From: Bacilli bacterium
GTDB lineage: Bacteria > Bacillota_I > Bacilli_A > RF39 > UBA660
NCBI GenBank assembly: GCA_030602345.1
Contig: JAUVZX010000001.1
Coordinates: 1,668-65,667, forward strand
Direction of reading: 5' to 3'
Length of the DNA: 64,000 nucleotides
Shown: positions 59,139-64,000 of the stretch, piece after piece
Layout: the number at the start of each line of letters is the position of its first letter
How positions within the stretch are numbered: the first letter of the stretch is position 1
Made by a program: the position numbers and the translations under genes
The notes under the pieces: generated by a model
The model's input: only the letters and a program-made list of their open reading frames with translations
The model's database searches: none
Told to the model about the DNA's origin: nothing

Positions 59139-59178
59139 ATATCCTCCATGAATAAAATACCACTTAATGTGGTATTAA

Positions 59179-59730
59179 TTAAACACTCAATAATTCTTTT
59201 TCTTTTTCTTGAGTTTTCGTTTCAACTAATTTGTTAAATTTATTGATTAATTCTTGAACTTGTTCTTGTCCATATTCAATATCATCATCAGTAGCATCTA
59301 ATTTTTTAATATCATTATTAGCATCTTGTCTAACATTTCTTAATTGAATTTTTGTTTCTTCTGCAATTTGTTTTACTTGCTTTACTAAGTCTCTTCTTGT
59401 TTCTTCTGTCAATGCAGGTATATTTAAAATAATATACTCTCCATTGTTATTTGGAGTAAGTCCAATATTGGCTTCATATATACCCTTTTCAATAGCTCCT
59501 AAACTAGAACGATCAAAAGGCTTAATAGCAATTTGTCTAGCTTCTGGAATCGATACCGTTGCTAATTGAATAAGCGGTACCATTGAACCATAATAGCTAA
59601 CTAATACACCATTAACCATACTTGGATTAGCTCTTCCTGCTCGAACATTAGTAAATCTTTTTTCCATGCTAGAAATTACTTCTTGCATGTATAATTCTGT
59701 TTCTTGTAATATATTTTCCATTTTTTTCAC
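59179..59730 (-). CDS. frr: Ribosome recycling factor
   Basis: About 180 aa. VRAGRANPSMV and LATVSIPEAR motifs. Confidence 0.85.
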   Translation of the reverse strand: MKKMENILQETELYMQEVISSMEKRFTNVRAGRANPSMVNGVLVSYYGSMVPLIQLATVSIPEARQIAIKPFDRSSLGAIEKGIYEANIGLTPNNNGEYIILNIPALTEETRRDLVKQVKQIAEETKIQLRNVRQDANNDIKKLDATDDDIEYGQEQVQELINKFNKLVETKTQEKEKELLSV

Positions 59731-59780
59731 TCCCGATTATATTATACAAATACTATATCTTTATGTCAATTAAACATTAA

Positions 59781-59802
59781 GAAAAAAGAGTCTTATGACT
59801 CT
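59781..59802 (-). terminator. Rho-independent terminator at the end of the dnaK operon (after dnaJ)
   Basis: AGAGTC-TTAT-GACTCT hairpin followed by a T run on the minus strand. Confidence 0.5.
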
Positions 59803-60889
59803 ATAAAAATTTAGATATTTTATTAAATTTTTCATTAGTATCTAATTTAGTCTCTTTTAACTGCTCAAACAATTTCTTTTGTTCTTTAGAAAGCTTGGTA
59901 GGTGCTAATACATCTAATATGATATACATGTCACCCTTCTTACCAGTTCTCATATCCGTTATTCCTTTGCCTTTAATTCGATGTTTATCATTAGAATTAC
60001 TAAAAGGAGGAATTGTTAACTGAATCTTCCCATATAAAGTTGGGACGTCTTTCTTAGCTCCCAAAACGGCTTCTACATAAGTAATGGGGAAACTTAGATA
60101 AATATCGTTATTTTCTCTTTCATAAATAGGATGAGGCTTAACCATGAACTCTAAATATAAGTCACCATTTGGTCCTCCATTAGTTCCAGGCTCTCCTTTT
60201 CCTCTCATGACTAATTGTTGACCATCAAATATTCCTTCTGGAACATTGATATCATATTCTTTATCAGTTCTAATTTTTTTGTTTCCGCGACAAGTTTTGC
60301 ATACATTTTCGTATGTTTTTCCAGTTCCAGAACATACATGACATGTTGTTTCATTAGAGAAAGTTCCAAACATTGTTTGTTGCACTGTTCTAATTGTTCC
60401 TCTTCCTTGACAATTTGAACAAGTTTTAACATCGTGTCCTCCAAGACCATGACAATCCGAGCAATCTTCTAATACATCAATTGATATTTTCTTTTTAGTT
60501 CCAAAAGCCGCTTCTTCAAAAGAGATAGACATTCTATATAAAATATCTTCCCCTTTTCTAGCTCTTTTAGTATTTCTGCCGAAGCCTCCTCCAAACATTT
60601 CACCAAAGATATCACCAAAGATATCATTAAAATCAAAATCTTGATAATTATATCCACCTTGATTACCTTGAAACGCTTGATGACCAAATTGATCATATTG
60701 TTTTCTTTTAGCATCATCCGATAAAATTGAATAAGCTTCCTGTGCTTCTTTAAATTTTTCTGAAGCATTAGGTTCTTTTGAAACATCAGGATGATATTTC
60801 TTTGCTAATTTTCTAAAGGCACTTTTTATTTCATCTGCACTAGCTGTTTTAGAAACACCTAATATTTCATAATAGTCTTTCTTATTCAT
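59801..60889 (-). CDS. dnaJ: Molecular chaperone DnaJ
   Basis: J domain with HPD, G/F-rich region, four CxxCxGxG zinc-finger repeats. Confidence 0.9.
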   Translation of the reverse strand: MNKKDYYEILGVSKTASADEIKSAFRKLAKKYHPDVSKEPNASEKFKEAQEAYSILSDDAKRKQYDQFGHQAFQGNQGGYNYQDFDFNDIFGDIFGEMFGGGFGRNTKRARKGEDILYRMSISFEEAAFGTKKKISIDVLEDCSDCHGLGGHDVKTCSNCQGRGTIRTVQQTMFGTFSNETTCHVCSGTGKTYENVCKTCRGNKKIRTDKEYDINVPEGIFDGQQLVMRGKGEPGTNGGPNGDLYLEFMVKPHPIYERENNDIYLSFPITYVEAVLGAKKDVPTLYGKIQLTIPPFSNSNDKHRIKGKGITDMRTGKKGDMYIILDVLAPTKLSKEQKKLFEQLKETKLDTNEKFNKISKFL

Positions 60890-60927
60890 TGTTCCTCCCT
60901 AAAGGAAAGTTCTAGTTTCCTAGAACT

Positions 60928-62736
<1,809 letters not shown>

Positions 62737-63213
62737 TTATTCATTTACTTTGACCATTGATGGTCTAATTACTTTATCTTTTAATTTATATCCTTTTTGC
62801 AATACATCTAAGACTATTCCAGACTCTTTCAAAGAATCTTTATCCGTCATAATCGCTTCATGCAAATTGGGATCAAACGATTCATTAAGACTCTTTATTT
62901 CTGATACTTCAAACTCTTCTAAAAGATTAATCATATCTGAATAAATCATCTTAAACCCGACTAAGAATTTAGAAACTTCATCTTCTAAATTATTGTCATC
63001 CATTTTAAGAGCTCTTTCAAAGTTATCAACTATTGGAAGTAATCTTTTCATAATAGGTTCATTCATATACTTAAATGAACGCATCATTTCTTCTTCCATT
63101 CTTCTTTTAAAGTTAACCATCTCAGCATTAGCTCGTTTAACTTTATCTTGTTCTTGAACTAATTGCTCCTCTAACTCTTTTATTTTTTCTTCTAATTCCA
63201 ATTTCTTTACCAT
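62737..63213 (-). CDS. grpE: Nucleotide exchange factor GrpE
   Basis: 158 aa, N-terminal coiled-coil. Position between hrcA and dnaK. Confidence 0.85.
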   Translation of the reverse strand: MVKKLELEEKIKELEEQLVQEQDKVKRANAEMVNFKRRMEEEMMRSFKYMNEPIMKRLLPIVDNFERALKMDDNNLEDEVSKFLVGFKMIYSDMINLLEEFEVSEIKSLNESFDPNLHEAIMTDKDSLKESGIVLDVLQKGYKLKDKVIRPSMVKVNE

Positions 63214-63215
63214 GT

Positions 63216-64000
63216 TTACCTCTCTATGTTCTTCTTAATAAATTCAAGCAAACTAATTACTCGATCATATTGCATTCTTTTAGGACCCACAATTGCTAAA
63301 GTTCCTTCTTTACCAGATACATTATATTTAGTTTTAACAATCGTTACATCATCATCAAATAATGTTTCTTTACCTATATAAACTTTTATACCTTCATCTG
63401 TTTCTTTAATTGAACTAATCATTTCACTATCTTCAAATTTTGAAACTATATTTCTAATTTTATTTATATCCTCAAAATCAGGCTGCATCAAAATGTTTTT
63501 AGTACCTGCCACTTTAGTTGATGATTCTGCTTTAAAATCTGTAAAAGCTTTATAAAATGCATTATATAAAACTTCATGCTGTTTAACATATTGCCCTATC
63601 AAAGGTTTTATTTCATATTCAAGTTTCTCTAAAACTAAGTGCAGCGGTGTTCCAAGTAGTAAACGATTAATTAACTCTACTACTGTTTTTATTTCTAAAG
63701 GACTAACACTCTTTTCCAAATTAACTTGTTTATGTTCTACAAAACCATGATCGGTAATAATAATTGCAATAATACTATTATCATTAATAGGAACTACTTC
63801 TAATTTAGTTATTTTATTCTCATATGAAGAAGAACCCAATACTAATGATGCATAATTAGTTAACTCTGCTACTAATTCCATACTCTTAGTAATAGCATCA
63901 GTAATCATTAAAGAATTATTATTAAAAATATTCTCAATTTTACGAAAATCATCCTCCAAAAAAGAATCCGTTTTAATAATCTTATCGACATAATAACGAT
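63216..64000 (-). CDS. hrcA: Heat-inducible transcription repressor HrcA, C-terminal part; the N-terminus lies beyond the window end
   Basis: HrcA C-terminal domain pattern ending ...LAIVGPKRMQYDRVISLLEF. The frame stays open to the window edge. First gene of the hrcA-grpE-dnaK-dnaJ operon. Confidence 0.8.
   Translation of the reverse strand, partial: RYYVDKIIKTDSFLEDDFRKIENIFNNNSLMITDAITKSMELVAELTNYASLVLGSSSYENKITKLEVVPINDNSIIAIIITDHGFVEHKQVNLEKSVSPLEIKTVVELINRLLLGTPLHLVLEKLEYEIKPLIGQYVKQHEVLYNAFYKAFTDFKAESSTKVAGTKNILMQPDFEDINKIRNIVSKFEDSEMISSIKETDEGIKVYIGKETLFDDDVTIVKTKYNVSGKEGTLAIVGPKRMQYDRVISLLEFIKKNIER

Noticed and set aside
60211-60786. Two minus-strand ORFs (79 aa and 105 aa) and one plus-strand ORF inside dnaJ
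   Set aside because: These are out-of-frame or antisense readings within dnaJ, which has unmistakable J-domain and zinc-finger motifs in its own frame.

Overview
This is an AT-rich Firmicutes-type chromosome segment with a compact gene set. Most of it is conserved housekeeping genes on the minus strand.

In order along the window:
- SMC, N-terminal part.
- A TtcA-like PP-loop ATPase.
- relA-dtd and tkt.
- A divergent lexA locus with two Cheo-type SOS boxes.
- rluD-lspA.
- An ApbE / FMN-binding lipoprotein / Gx-transporter / NusG-II flavinylation-type cluster.
- A division and cell-wall block (uppP-murG-murB-divIB-ftsA-ftsZ).
- A thiol-disulfide cluster (CcdA-like protein, two thioredoxin-like proteins, cysteine desulfurase).
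- A copper operon (csoR, an HMA-fused membrane protein, copA).
- tRNA-Thr, tRNA-Arg and tRNA-Leu, then ndk.
- An ABC transporter, rseP, cdsA.
- An orphan prepilin-type protein with RCC1-like repeats.
- rpsP, a KH-domain protein, miaB, rnj.
- A complete type II-A CRISPR-Cas locus.
- tig, greA, the trmR / two-U32-peptidase tRNA-modification trio, mltG, ruvX, ireB.
- A compact alaS, frr, and the hrcA(partial)-grpE-dnaK-dnaJ operon.

The CRISPR-Cas locus reads, on the minus strand: cas9 (1058 aa, SaCas9-like), a tracrRNA between cas9 and cas1, cas1, cas2, csn2, a leader, and 23 repeats of 36 nt with 22 spacers of 30 nt.

The most novel-looking signal is an unannotated 28-aa hydrophobic peptide gene. 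It sits divergent from lexA, its own promoter carries a LexA box between -35 and -10, it has a strong RBS, and it has its own terminator. It looks like an SOS-induced small membrane toxin or division inhibitor.

Other points of interest: the tracrRNA, whose anti-repeat, nexus and terminator I could reconstruct by hand; the orphan pilin-RCC1 protein sitting where rimM and trmD are expected; an AlaRS that lacks the C-Ala domain; a CsoR operator with a poly-C core; and a 256-bp unexplained intergenic region upstream of smc.
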